Positions 12,289-20,885 of a stretch of DNA of 64,000 bases are shown one piece after another (within the stretch, counting starts at the first letter, position 1; each line of letters begins with the position of its first letter). This DNA comes from Phenylobacterium sp. (GTDB taxonomy: Bacteria; Pseudomonadota; Alphaproteobacteria; Caulobacterales; Caulobacteraceae), in NCBI GenBank assembly GCA_003136395.1, contig PLEH01000283.1:5208-69207 (forward strand), given 5' to 3'. The notes under the pieces are model-generated. The model made no database searches, had not been told where the DNA came from, and was given only the letters and a program-made list of their open reading frames with translations. The translations under genes and the position numbers were made by a program.

Positions 12289-12708
12289 CTATCTCACCCA
12301 GAGCAAGCTGACGGCCCATGCCGCAAGGGTGAGGCTCACGCTGCCCGCGACAACCGCCCATCCAGAGATGTAGATCGACCGCAGCTCGAAGCCGTGGACG
12401 GTGTCCCAGACCAGGTGGCGGATGCCGCCGCACAGGTGCATGAAGAACGCGAAGGTGAAGCCGAACAGCACGATCCGGCCACTCCAGGAAGCGACGACGC
12501 CGTGAACCTCGCCGTAGGCTCGCGGCCCCATGGCCGCCGCGGTCAGCCAGATGACCAAGCCAACGGCTCCGAGGCTCAAGGCCACGCCGGTGATCCGGTT
12601 GGCGATCGAGAGGACCGACGTCAATTGCGGTCGATAGATCTGGATATTGGGCGAGAGCGGCCGGGGCCGCCCGGTCGTCACGTCCGAAAGAGTTGGTCTT
12701 GAATCCAC
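12289..12708 (-). CDS. sdhC: Succinate dehydrogenase cytochrome b556 subunit
   Basis: RPLSPNIQIYRPQLTSVLSIANRITG, HLCGGIRHLVWD. Confidence 0.92.
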   Translation of the reverse strand: MDSRPTLSDVTTGRPRPLSPNIQIYRPQLTSVLSIANRITGVALSLGAVGLVIWLTAAAMGPRAYGEVHGVVASWSGRIVLFGFTFAFFMHLCGGIRHLVWDTVHGFELRSIYISGWAVVAGSVSLTLAAWAVSLLWVR

Positions 12709-12711
12709 GGG

Positions 12712-13551
12712 TCAGCCTTCCCGCTCGATGACCATCTTCTTGATCTCGGCGATCGCCTTGCCGGGATTCAAGCCCTTGGGACAGGTCCGGGTGCAGTTGA
12801 GGATGGTGTGGCACCGATAGAGGCGAAACGGGTCTTCGAGGATGTCGAGGCGTTCTTCCTTGGCTTCGTCCCGGCTGTCGGCCAGCCAGCGCCAAGCCTG
12901 CAGCAGGACGGCCGGACCCAGGAAGCGATCGCCATTCCACCAGTGGCTCGGGCAGCCTGACGTGCAGCAGAAGCAGAGGATGCACTCGTAGTAGCCGTCG
13001 ACCTGGCTTCGCTCCTGCGGCGACTGGAAACGCTCCTTCTCCGGCGTCGGTGTCGTGGCGTGGAGCCAGGGTTCGATCATCTCGTACTGGGCGAAGAGAT
13101 GGGTCGTGTCCGGCACCAGGTCCTTGATGACCGGCAGGTTCGCCAGCGGATAGATCGTCGCCGGCTTGCCCATGTCGGAGATGAACCGGGTGCAGGCCAG
13201 CCAATTGGTCCCGTCCAGGGTCATGGCGCACGATCCGCAGACGCCCTCGCGACAGGAGCGGCGAAAGGCCAGCGTCGAGTCCACCTTGTTCTTGATCCAG
13301 ATGAGCGCGTCGAGGACCATGGGCCCGCAGTCGTCGAGGTCCACCTCGAAGGTATCGATACGCGGATTGCCATCGAGCTCCGGGTTGTAGCGGTAGACCT
13401 CGAACGCCTTGATCCGCGATGCGCCCGCCGGCGCCGGCCAGGTCCGGCCCTTCTCGATGCGGGACTCCGGCGTCACCTTGAAGTCTCGCGGCACGGGAAA
13501 GCGCTTGAGCAGCGTGACGCGGGGGACCTGGTCCGAGGATTCGATGATCAT
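12712..13551 (-). CDS. sdhB: Succinate dehydrogenase iron-sulfur subunit
   Basis: [14 protein letters not shown] (2Fe-2S), [31 protein letters not shown]. Confidence 0.93.
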   Translation of the reverse strand: MIIESSDQVPRVTLLKRFPVPRDFKVTPESRIEKGRTWPAPAGASRIKAFEVYRYNPELDGNPRIDTFEVDLDDCGPMVLDALIWIKNKVDSTLAFRRSCREGVCGSCAMTLDGTNWLACTRFISDMGKPATIYPLANLPVIKDLVPDTTHLFAQYEMIEPWLHATTPTPEKERFQSPQERSQVDGYYECILCFCCTSGCPSHWWNGDRFLGPAVLLQAWRWLADSRDEAKEERLDILEDPFRLYRCHTILNCTRTCPKGLNPGKAIAEIKKMVIEREG

Positions 13552-13653
13552 TGTCGCTACGCCCGAACTCAGCCGTCGCCCCCGAGCTACGAACTGGAGC
13601 GGAGAGCGGCGCCAGCCGAACGCCGTCTCCGTGCGTCGACGTTCAAGGAAGGT

Positions 13654-13680
13654 GGAACGGCGGCTCGCGCCGGCTGTTCC
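13654..13680. promoter_or_regulatory. Overlapping divergent sigma-T/EcfG-type promoters
   Basis: Minus strand GGAAC(13680-13676)-N16-CGTT(13659-13656) toward sdhB; plus strand GGAAC(13654-58)-N16-TGTT toward 13743. Confidence 0.6.
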
Positions 13681-13742
13681 GTTGTTGGCGTGTTATACCG
13701 CTTCCGAACCCATCGGCTCACGATATTTCTAAGGGGATCGTC

Positions 13743-14159
13743 ATGCCTGACGAAAAGCCCAGTTTCCCAGACTCTTTGCGGTTACGCGAAAGGGCGTTGT
13801 CGAGAGGGGACAACGAAGCCGGCGCGAGCCGCCAGGGACCGCAAGACGGCTCGATCTGCAGCACGGTCGAACCCCCGGACGTACCCCCGTTGAACAACGC
13901 CGAATTGGTGCAGCTACGGGTCCGGGTGATTGCGCTGGAGAACCTGGTGATCTCTTTGCTCGCCGTGGCCGGTGATCGCCAGATCGCTCTTGCCCGCGAG
14001 ATGGCGACCTACGTGGCGCCAAGGCCAGGCTTCACCCATCATCCGCTGACGATCCATGCGGCATCCCACATGATCGATCTCGTTGAACGCGCCGGGCCGT
14101 TTCGGTCTGCAAGCGGTGGCGAGCGGTCGCCGATCCGCGAGGCGCAGACCGATGGCTAA
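13743..14159 (+). CDS. Conserved hypothetical protein
   Basis: ATG after GGGG RBS; ELVQLRVRVIALENL..PRPGFTHHPLTIHAA; stop overlaps next gene. Confidence 0.65.
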   Translation: MPDEKPSFPDSLRLRERALSRGDNEAGASRQGPQDGSICSTVEPPDVPPLNNAELVQLRVRVIALENLVISLLAVAGDRQIALAREMATYVAPRPGFTHHPLTIHAASHMIDLVERAGPFRSASGGERSPIREAQTDG

Positions 14160-14367
14160 GCGACTGAAGGTGGGGGATCGGGTCAGTTGGAATTCGGAGG
14201 CCGGCCGCGTCAGCGGCACGATCATCCGGGTCCACGATCGCGACGTCGACTACAAGGGCCATACCCATCACGCGAGCCGCGAGACGCCACAGTACGAGAT
14301 CAAGAGCAGCAAGACCGATCACATCGCCATGCATCTGGGCGCTGCGCTGACGAAGCTGGGCGACTGA
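14152..14367 (+). CDS. DUF2945 / Hva1 TUDOR-like small protein
   Basis: KVGDRVSWNSEAGRVSGTI..PQYEIKSSKTDHIAMH. Confidence 0.82.
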   Translation: MAKRLKVGDRVSWNSEAGRVSGTIIRVHDRDVDYKGHTHHASRETPQYEIKSSKTDHIAMHLGAALTKLGD

Positions 14368-14418
14368 AACGACGCGAGGCGTCGAGGCTGCAACCGAGGT
14401 CAGATGAGGACATCGAGC

Positions 14419-14443
14419 GGAACATTCCTCCGTCAGCGGCGCT
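14419..14443 (+). promoter_or_regulatory. Candidate sigma-T/EcfG promoter for ferritin-like gene
   Basis: GGAAC-N16-CGCT, one mismatch to GGAAC-N16-CGTT. Confidence 0.35.
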
Positions 14444-14518
14444 TCGCGTTGAGGGATTGTCGCCGCGATGAACTCAACCTCCGTCAAGCGCCTTCCCAAC
14501 ATTCGCCCCGGAGGGATC

Positions 14519-15112
14519 ATGCCCGTAACCACCTCAAAGACAGTCGCGGCCTCAAAGACCGCCAAGCCGTTCCTCACCGATGTGAAAACCCTCAGGGATC
14601 GGGCGCGAAAGAACATCGCCGAAGGGGCCATGACCTGGACCTACAGAGGCGACCCCAAGCAGTCGATCGAGATCCTCCAATCGGTGCTGGCGACTGAAAT
14701 CGTCTGTGTCCTGCGCTACACAATGCACGCCGTCAGCGCTGCGGGGCTCTCCAGCGACAGCGTCAAGGCGGAGTTCGCCGAGCACGCCAAGGAGGAGCAG
14801 GAGCACATGATGGCCGTGGCGGAGCGCATCACCCAACTCGGTGGCGAGCCCAACTTCGATCCCAAGGGTCTGGCGAGCCGCTCGGTCTCGCAATATTCCA
14901 CCGGACCGAGCCTGGTCGATATGATCAAGGAAAACCTGATCGCCGAACGAATCGCCGTGGACCACTACCGCGAGCTGATCCGGTTCTTCGGCGACGACGA
15001 TCCGAGCACCAAACGCATGCTGGAATGGATCCTGTCCGTGGAGGAGGAGCACGCCGACGACATGCACGACCTGCTGGTCGCGCACGAGGGGCGACCCATG
15101 TTGCCCAAATAG
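14519..15112 (+). CDS. Ferritin-like (bacterioferritin-related) di-iron protein
   Basis: ATEIVCVLRY, EEQEH, AERIAVDHY, EEEH ferroxidase pattern; GGAGG RBS. Confidence 0.82.
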   Translation: MPVTTSKTVAASKTAKPFLTDVKTLRDRARKNIAEGAMTWTYRGDPKQSIEILQSVLATEIVCVLRYTMHAVSAAGLSSDSVKAEFAEHAKEEQEHMMAVAERITQLGGEPNFDPKGLASRSVSQYSTGPSLVDMIKENLIAERIAVDHYRELIRFFGDDDPSTKRMLEWILSVEEEHADDMHDLLVAHEGRPMLPK

Positions 15113-15139
15113 GCATCAGGTATCGCTGAGAGCTGTTCC

Positions 15140-16858
15140 ATGCCCGTGACTCCCGACCACCTGGAGGCCCTCCTAAGCCGCGCCGACGACCGCCTGCTCC
15201 TCAACCGCTGGCTGCCGCCGCAAGAAGGCATCGTCCCGCGCGTGCGCATCGGCCGGCGCTGGGTCAGCGTGCTGTGGGCGCTCCCAATCGGGGCCGCATT
15301 CCTGGTCGCCTTGATCGCCATCGCCCAGAGCCTGCGTGAACTTCCCGGCGTGCAGGCGTTCATCAAGGCCTATCCGGGCATCGCCCAGGGCGCTCCATCC
15401 ATCGATTCCGGTTTCCCCTGGTGGCTGCAGGTTCAGCACTTCGCCAACATGGTCTTCATGCTGTTCATCATCCGGGCGGGCGTGCAAATCCTGGCGGACC
15501 ATCCGAGACTCTACTGGAGGCGCGATTCCACGCCAGGGACCGACTGGTTCCGCTTCCAGAAGCCGGTCCCGAAGGGGCGGGTGTGGACGTCCAGGGACGA
15601 TTCCGTGACCATTCCGGCCTGGCTGGGCATTCCCGGCGTGCGCCATTCAATCGGCCTCGCCCGCTGGTGGCATTTCTCGATCAACCTGCTGTGGGTGATC
15701 AACGGTGTGCTCTTTTACGTCCTGCTGTTTTCCACCGATCAGTGGCGGCGTCTCGTACCGCTGACGTGGGGGGTGTTTCCGGCGGCGCTATCAACCACTC
15801 TCCAGTATGCGTCTCTGAACTTCCCCGTCGACCACAGTTGGACCCGCTACAACGGCCTCCAGCAGCTCAGCTATTTCGTCACCGTCTTCATCGCCGCGCC
15901 GGTCTCGATCGTCACGGGCCTGCTGCAGAGCCCGGCGATCTCGAACAGGCTGGGCGGGTTGGGCCGGCTGCTCAACCGGCAAGCGATGCGGTCGGTCCAT
16001 TTCATCTCCTTCGCGTGGTTCGTGTTCTTCATCCTCGGGCACGGGGTGATGGTGTTCGTCACCGGCCTGCGGGAGAACACCAACCACATGTTCGCCGGCG
16101 TCGAGAACGACACCTGGGCCGGGTTCCCGCTGTTCCTGTTGGCGATGGTCATCCTGGCGGCGGCGTGGCTCTTCGCATCGCCGCTCACGCTCAGGCACGC
16201 CCGCCTGGTGCAGCGCACCGGAGGCTTCATGATCGGCTGGCTGAAGGCGTTGGCCGAACACGGAGACCCCCGGTCCCAACTCAGCGATAAGGACATCTCG
16301 CCGTTCCTTTGGCCGAACGGCACGATGCCAGACTCAGCGGAGTATGACGCTCTGCTGGCGAACGATTTCGCCGCCTACCGGCTCCGCATCAGCGGGCTGG
16401 TCGAGGCTCCGCGGGCGTTTTCGCTGGCCGAACTCAAGGCCATGGCGAAGCAGGAACAGATCACCTGCCATTTCTGCATCCAAGGCTGGTCGGGCGTGGC
16501 CAAATGGGGCGGCGTTCCGATGCGCGAAATCCTGGAACTCGTGCGGCCGACGCCGGCGGCGCGCTATGTAGTCTTCTATTCACTGGCGGATGGCGCAGAC
16601 GGAGGCCGCTATTACGACGTCCACCAGCTGTTCAACATGCGTCACGATCTCACCATCCTGGCCTACGAGATGAACGGCGCGCCGCTCAACGTGCTCCATG
16701 GGGCGCCGCTCAGACTGCGCTGCGAGAACGAGCTGGGTTTCAAGATGGTCAAGTGGATCGCGGCGATCGAATTCGTCGACGACTTTGCCCACCTGGGCGC
16801 CGGCCAAGGCGGCTACAACGAGGATCATGAGTTCTACGGCTATCGAATGCCGATCTGA
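15140..16858 (+). CDS. Molybdopterin-dependent oxidoreductase fused to cytochrome b-like membrane domain (sulfite oxidase/MsrP family)
   Basis: Transmembrane N-half with ARWWHF, YNGLQQLSYF; Moco half HFCIQGWSG, LAYEMNG, HGAPLRL, GFKMVKWI. Confidence 0.82.
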   Translation: MPVTPDHLEALLSRADDRLLLNRWLPPQEGIVPRVRIGRRWVSVLWALPIGAAFLVALIAIAQSLRELPGVQAFIKAYPGIAQGAPSIDSGFPWWLQVQHFANMVFMLFIIRAGVQILADHPRLYWRRDSTPGTDWFRFQKPVPKGRVWTSRDDSVTIPAWLGIPGVRHSIGLARWWHFSINLLWVINGVLFYVLLFSTDQWRRLVPLTWGVFPAALSTTLQYASLNFPVDHSWTRYNGLQQLSYFVTVFIAAPVSIVTGLLQSPAISNRLGGLGRLLNRQAMRSVHFISFAWFVFFILGHGVMVFVTGLRENTNHMFAGVENDTWAGFPLFLLAMVILAAAWLFASPLTLRHARLVQRTGGFMIGWLKALAEHGDPRSQLSDKDISPFLWPNGTMPDSAEYDALLANDFAAYRLRISGLVEAPRAFSLAELKAMAKQEQITCHFCIQGWSGVAKWGGVPMREILELVRPTPAARYVVFYSLADGADGGRYYDVHQLFNMRHDLTILAYEMNGAPLNVLHGAPLRLRCENELGFKMVKWIAAIEFVDDFAHLGAGQGGYNEDHEFYGYRMPI

Positions 16859-17099
16859 GCGGAGGCGGTCCCGATGCGATTCAATAGCGCCCGCCGATTT
16901 GAGCCTGGCCGGTGTGTCGGGGAACTTGCCGTCTGGTTTGAAAGACTGTCGCGCAGGCTGCGTCGAACACGTCGCGCAACACCTCGGAAGACGGCCACGT
17001 CACTCTGACGAGCAGGGATATTGCTGAGCCGGGTCACCCCGTCAGATTGACTCTCGGGCGTCTGCTGTCCTGGAACCAAATCGCATAGCAGCCGTTGCG

Positions 17100-17134
17100 A
17101 GGGAGAAAGGATCGTAACACGATCCTTTCTCCCT
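17100..17134. repeat. Perfect 16-bp inverted repeat, 3-nt loop
   Basis: AGGGAGAAAGGATCGT-AAC-ACGATCCTTTCTCCCT; no U-tract on either side. Confidence 0.85.
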
Positions 17135-17363
17135 GGAGCTGGCGCGAGATGGGACGAGGCTGGACAATCCTGCGAAGTCTCTCCGACTCCGTCCCATTGA
17201 ACGCCGCAGAACACCTCTCGTCAGGCGGGGTTAGCTCAGGGACTCTCTCCGACCGGAAGGTATCCGGGAGGCAAGGTGGTGCGTTCCGGCTTCCTCGGAA
17301 TGCGGAGGGTGCTCCCGTTTTGGCCATCGACCTCAGCTATGCGGGCGGATGGCGGCCGCGGTC

Positions 17364-19163
17364 ATGAAGAACAAGCTTCTCCTCCTGGGCGGCGCACTGG
17401 CCCTGGCCGTCGTGGCGGGCTCCGGCGCACTCTATGTCTACTGGGACAAGGCGGTCCCGCTCGGGGGGCTGGCGGTAAACTATTTCCTGTCCCTGTCAGC
17501 GCCGGCCGGCACGACAACAACGGAACTGGCGGCGGCGTCGGCGGATGTTGGCCGGGGCGTCCAATCTGCTTCGTCCGCAGCGCGACTGCCAAGCTCAGCC
17601 GCTGGTGATTGGCCGAGCTACAACAAAACCCTCACGTCGGAGCGCTACTCGCAGCTCAGTCAGATAAACACAAAGAATGCCTCGAACCTAAGGATCATAT
17701 GTAGTTACGACACCAAACAATATACCAGTTTCGAGACCGGCTTGATCATGGTCAATGGCGCACTGATCGGCACAACCGAACATGATATATTCTCACTCGA
17801 TCCTGAGACCTGTCATCAGAATTGGCGGACCAGCGAAAATTATAAGCCCGCCAGCGTGCTCGCGGTCAATCGCGGCGCGGCCTACATGGACGGGTTGTTG
17901 TTTCGCGGCACCGAGGACGGGCGGGTGCTGGCTTATGACTTCAAGACCGGCAAGCGAGTCTGGGCCACGACGGTCGCGGACCCCAAGATCGGCGAATCGA
18001 CGCCCGCAGCTCCGATCGCCTGGAACGGTCTCGTGTTCATCGGCAATGCCGGTGGCGACAACAAGGGTGTGAAGGGGCGCATGTATGCGCTCGACGCAAA
18101 GACCGGCAAGATCGTGTGGGAGTTCTACCTGGTCCCCCGGACGGCCGGCGACCCCATCCGCGGGCCGCAGGGTAAGACGCCGCTCGACGGTTCAACATGG
18201 AACAACACTTCGAGCACACCGATTACCGGCGGGGCGACCTGGACGTCCTACACCCTCGACCCGAGCACGGGGTTTTTGTACGTACCCGGCGGCAATCCGG
18301 CGCCCGACTTCGCCACCGGCCCGCGCGAGGGCGGGAATCTCTATTCCGGATCCATTGTCGTGCTCGATGCGATGACCGGCGCCTACCGAAACCATTTCAA
18401 GCTTGTGCCCAAGGACTGGCACGACTGGGACGTCTCGACCGCGCCCTCGTTGATCCAGACGAAGGGCGGCAGGAAGCTCCTGTCGGTCGCGCCCAAGGAC
18501 GGACACCTCTATGGGTTCGATCTCGCCACCAACTCGATGCTCTATCGCACGCCGGTCACCCGGGTCGAGAATGTCGCCGAGCCTTTCGCCGTCGGCAAGG
18601 CTGTCCATTTCTGTCCAGGCACGGTGGGCGGCGCCGAGTGGAACGGCCCGGCCTACGACCCGCAGACCAACCTCATCCTCATCGGCGAGGTCGACTGGTG
18701 CGCCACGGTGAAGCTCCAGAACGACAAACAGATTCAGGCGGTGAAACCGGGCAAGCCGTGGTCCGCAATGGCGACGATCAACCCATACGCCACCTACGGC
18801 ACACCCGACTCGTTCGGACACTGGGCCGGTTGGGTCTACGCGGTCGATGCCGACACCGGCGCTTGGAAATGGCGGCTGAAGTCCAACTACCCGATCCAGA
18901 GCGGCATGACCCCGACAGCCGGCGGCATCGTGTTCTTCGGCGATATGGGCGGCAACTTCTACGTGGTCGACTCCCTCAACGGCCAGCGGCTCTGGGGAAA
19001 GAAGATCGGCGGAGCCATCGGTGGCGGCGTAATTACCTACACCGCGAACGGTGCGCAAAGGGTGGCTGTAGCGACGGGGTTCACCTCGATCCTTTGGCCG
19101 ACTGCGGTCGTACCCGGGAAGGTTGTTGTCCTCGGTCTCAGCGAGGCCGCCGCTCGCCAATGA
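17364..19163 (+). CDS. PQQ-dependent dehydrogenase (alcohol-dehydrogenase-like beta-propeller)
   Basis: DWPSYNKTLTSERYSQLSQIN, VNRG, tryptophan-docking repeats (AYDFKTGKRVW, ALDAKTGKIVW, AVDADTGAWKW), N-terminal anchor. Confidence 0.85.
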   Translation: MKNKLLLLGGALALAVVAGSGALYVYWDKAVPLGGLAVNYFLSLSAPAGTTTTELAAASADVGRGVQSASSAARLPSSAAGDWPSYNKTLTSERYSQLSQINTKNASNLRIICSYDTKQYTSFETGLIMVNGALIGTTEHDIFSLDPETCHQNWRTSENYKPASVLAVNRGAAYMDGLLFRGTEDGRVLAYDFKTGKRVWATTVADPKIGESTPAAPIAWNGLVFIGNAGGDNKGVKGRMYALDAKTGKIVWEFYLVPRTAGDPIRGPQGKTPLDGSTWNNTSSTPITGGATWTSYTLDPSTGFLYVPGGNPAPDFATGPREGGNLYSGSIVVLDAMTGAYRNHFKLVPKDWHDWDVSTAPSLIQTKGGRKLLSVAPKDGHLYGFDLATNSMLYRTPVTRVENVAEPFAVGKAVHFCPGTVGGAEWNGPAYDPQTNLILIGEVDWCATVKLQNDKQIQAVKPGKPWSAMATINPYATYGTPDSFGHWAGWVYAVDADTGAWKWRLKSNYPIQSGMTPTAGGIVFFGDMGGNFYVVDSLNGQRLWGKKIGGAIGGGVITYTANGAQRVAVATGFTSILWPTAVVPGKVVVLGLSEAAARQ

Positions 19164-19185
19164 CCGCTCAGACCGCGATAGCGCC

Positions 19186-19445
19186 ATGACCAAGCGGCCC
19201 CAGCCAGCGGTCGCTGTCTCGCAAGGCGGCTTCCTCTGGTGGCTGGAACTTCAGCACTTCGCCAGCATGGTCGTCATGCTGTTCATAATCCGGGCGGGTG
19301 TGCAGATCCTGGCGGGCCATCCGAGGCTCTACTGGAGGCGAAATTCCACGCCAGGGACGACTGGTTCCGGTTTCAGAAGCCGGTCCCGAAGGGCGCGACT
19401 GGACGTCCAGGGACGATTCCGCGGGTTGCCGCCGTCACGCTGAGA
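19186..19445 (+). pseudogene. Degenerate partial duplicate of the 15140 molybdoenzyme gene
   Basis: 19237-19420 is a near copy of ~15419-15605 (WWLELQHFASMVVMLFIIRAGVQILAGHPRLYWRR) with a 1-nt deletion after CCAGGGAC. Confidence 0.85.
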
Positions 19446-19665
19446 ACGCGTCAAGCTCAGGCGTCGCCGCAAACAGCGCGTGGCCTCTACGTCGGGTCGC
19501 GACCGTGACCTCACCTCGTGCAACCGAGACGTAGTCGGCGGTCGGATGCTGAGCCAGAACCTTCTGCGCCCAATCCGACGCCACGTCGTCCGAGGCGAGC
19601 GAATGCACCTCCAAAGAGATGGAGATGCCATCGCCTTTGCAGACATAGAAGATGTAGGTGTACAT
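19435..19665 (-). CDS. Small hypothetical protein
   Basis: 76-aa ORF with GGAGG RBS, protein-like composition. Confidence 0.55.
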   Translation of the reverse strand: MYTYIFYVCKGDGISISLEVHSLASDDVASDWAQKVLAQHPTADYVSVARGEVTVATRRRGHALFAATPELDAFSA

Positions 19666-19833
19666 CGAAATCCTCCCAGCCGCTTGAGCGGGAGCGTGGG
19701 GCTTGCCGGGCCGAGGCTCTCAGCCGCTGGCGCCCGAGGGCGTTTGCCAGCGATGTCGAAGCTTAACACACAATGGCGGGTGAGTCAGGAAACGGACTGG
19801 GCTAGCAGGGGCCGCGGTGGCGCAAGCGACCGC

Positions 19834-19941
19834 TGCCGACTGTCGGCTTACACCCTCGTCGAGAAGCTGCAGACCATCTCGACCAAATACCGCCGCCAGC
19901 GGGCGGACGGGTCGATGCCGCAGAATTTCCTGCGTCACTAG
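19834..19941 (+). pseudogene. Internal fragment of an AbiEii-like nucleotidyltransferase
   Basis: YTLVEKLQTISTKYRRQRADGSMPQNFLRH* resembles the EKL..RHxYD core, stop where YYD is expected. Confidence 0.6.
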
Positions 19942-20030
19942 GGGTGGTTTGACGTCGAGCCGATATGTCAAGGGAGGCTTGACGTTTTGGGGATAATCCA
20001 AACTGGACGCAGGTTTGAAATTCAGTCAAT

Positions 20031-20885
20031 ATGTCAAGTGTGGCTATACAAAACGACAGTAAGTTAAACCAGCTCCAAACCCTCCTTCCGGAGGGGATGG
20101 TGGTGGACGCTGCCTGGATGGAGCGTCACGGCTACTCGCGCCAGCTGCGCGGCCAGTACGTCTCCGCCGGCTGGCTGGAGCAGCCGGCCGGCCGCGTCTA
20201 CTGGCGTCCGCGTGGCGTCCTGGGCTGGGAAGCCGTCGTCGTCTCCCTGCAGACCCTCCTGGATCTGCCGCTGGTGGTGGGGGGCCGCACCGCCCTGCAG
20301 GTCCAGGGGGCGAGCCACTACCTCGCCCAGGAGATGCGCGAGGTTCACCTCTACGGTCCCGTGGCCCTTCCGACCTGGCTCGCCAAGCTCCCGCTCGGCG
20401 TGACCTTCCGACACCACAACAGCGACCGGCTGTTCAGGCCGGGGGCCTCTCCAAGCAGCCCCCTCAGCGCCGACTTCGAGGTCCACCGCCAAGCGGGCTG
20501 GAGCGCTGAGTCCGTCAAGGCCGTCCGCCAGGTTACCTGGGGCAGCTGGGACCTGCCGATGACGCTCTCCACACCGGAGCGGGCGTTCCTGGAGCTGTTG
20601 GACGAGCTGCCCGACCGGGACACGTTCCACGACGCCGACAAGCTGATGGAGGGCCTGTCCAACCTCAGCCCCCGACGCCTCACCCATCTGCTGACCGAGT
20701 GCCGCAGCGTGAAGGTGAAGCGGCTGTTCTTCTTTTTCGCCGACCGGCACCAGCACGCCTGGGCGAAGCACCTGCGCGCCGCCGACTTCGACCTGGGCGC
20801 TGGAAAGCGCGTGCTGGTCCGGGGCGGCAAGCTCGACCGGCGCTACCAGATCACCGTCCCAGAGGATCTCGATGGCCTATCGTGA
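20031..20885 (+). CDS. Type IV TA antitoxin, AbiEi family
   Basis: KLNQLQTLLPEGMVVDAAWM, GGRTALQVQGASHYL, STPERAFLELL, VKVKRLF, GKLDRRYQITVP. Confidence 0.87.
   Translation: MSSVAIQNDSKLNQLQTLLPEGMVVDAAWMERHGYSRQLRGQYVSAGWLEQPAGRVYWRPRGVLGWEAVVVSLQTLLDLPLVVGGRTALQVQGASHYLAQEMREVHLYGPVALPTWLAKLPLGVTFRHHNSDRLFRPGASPSSPLSADFEVHRQAGWSAESVKAVRQVTWGSWDLPMTLSTPERAFLELLDELPDRDTFHDADKLMEGLSNLSPRRLTHLLTECRSVKVKRLFFFFADRHQHAWAKHLRAADFDLGAGKRVLVRGGKLDRRYQITVPEDLDGLS

Noticed and set aside
13552-13742. Frameshifted sdhA remnant upstream of sdhB
   Set aside because: No SdhA-like C-terminal peptide recognised in the minus-strand frames I read; the region holds promoter motifs
17224-17300. tRNA starting GCGGGGTTAGCTCAG
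   Set aside because: No TTCRA T-loop or acceptor pairing follows
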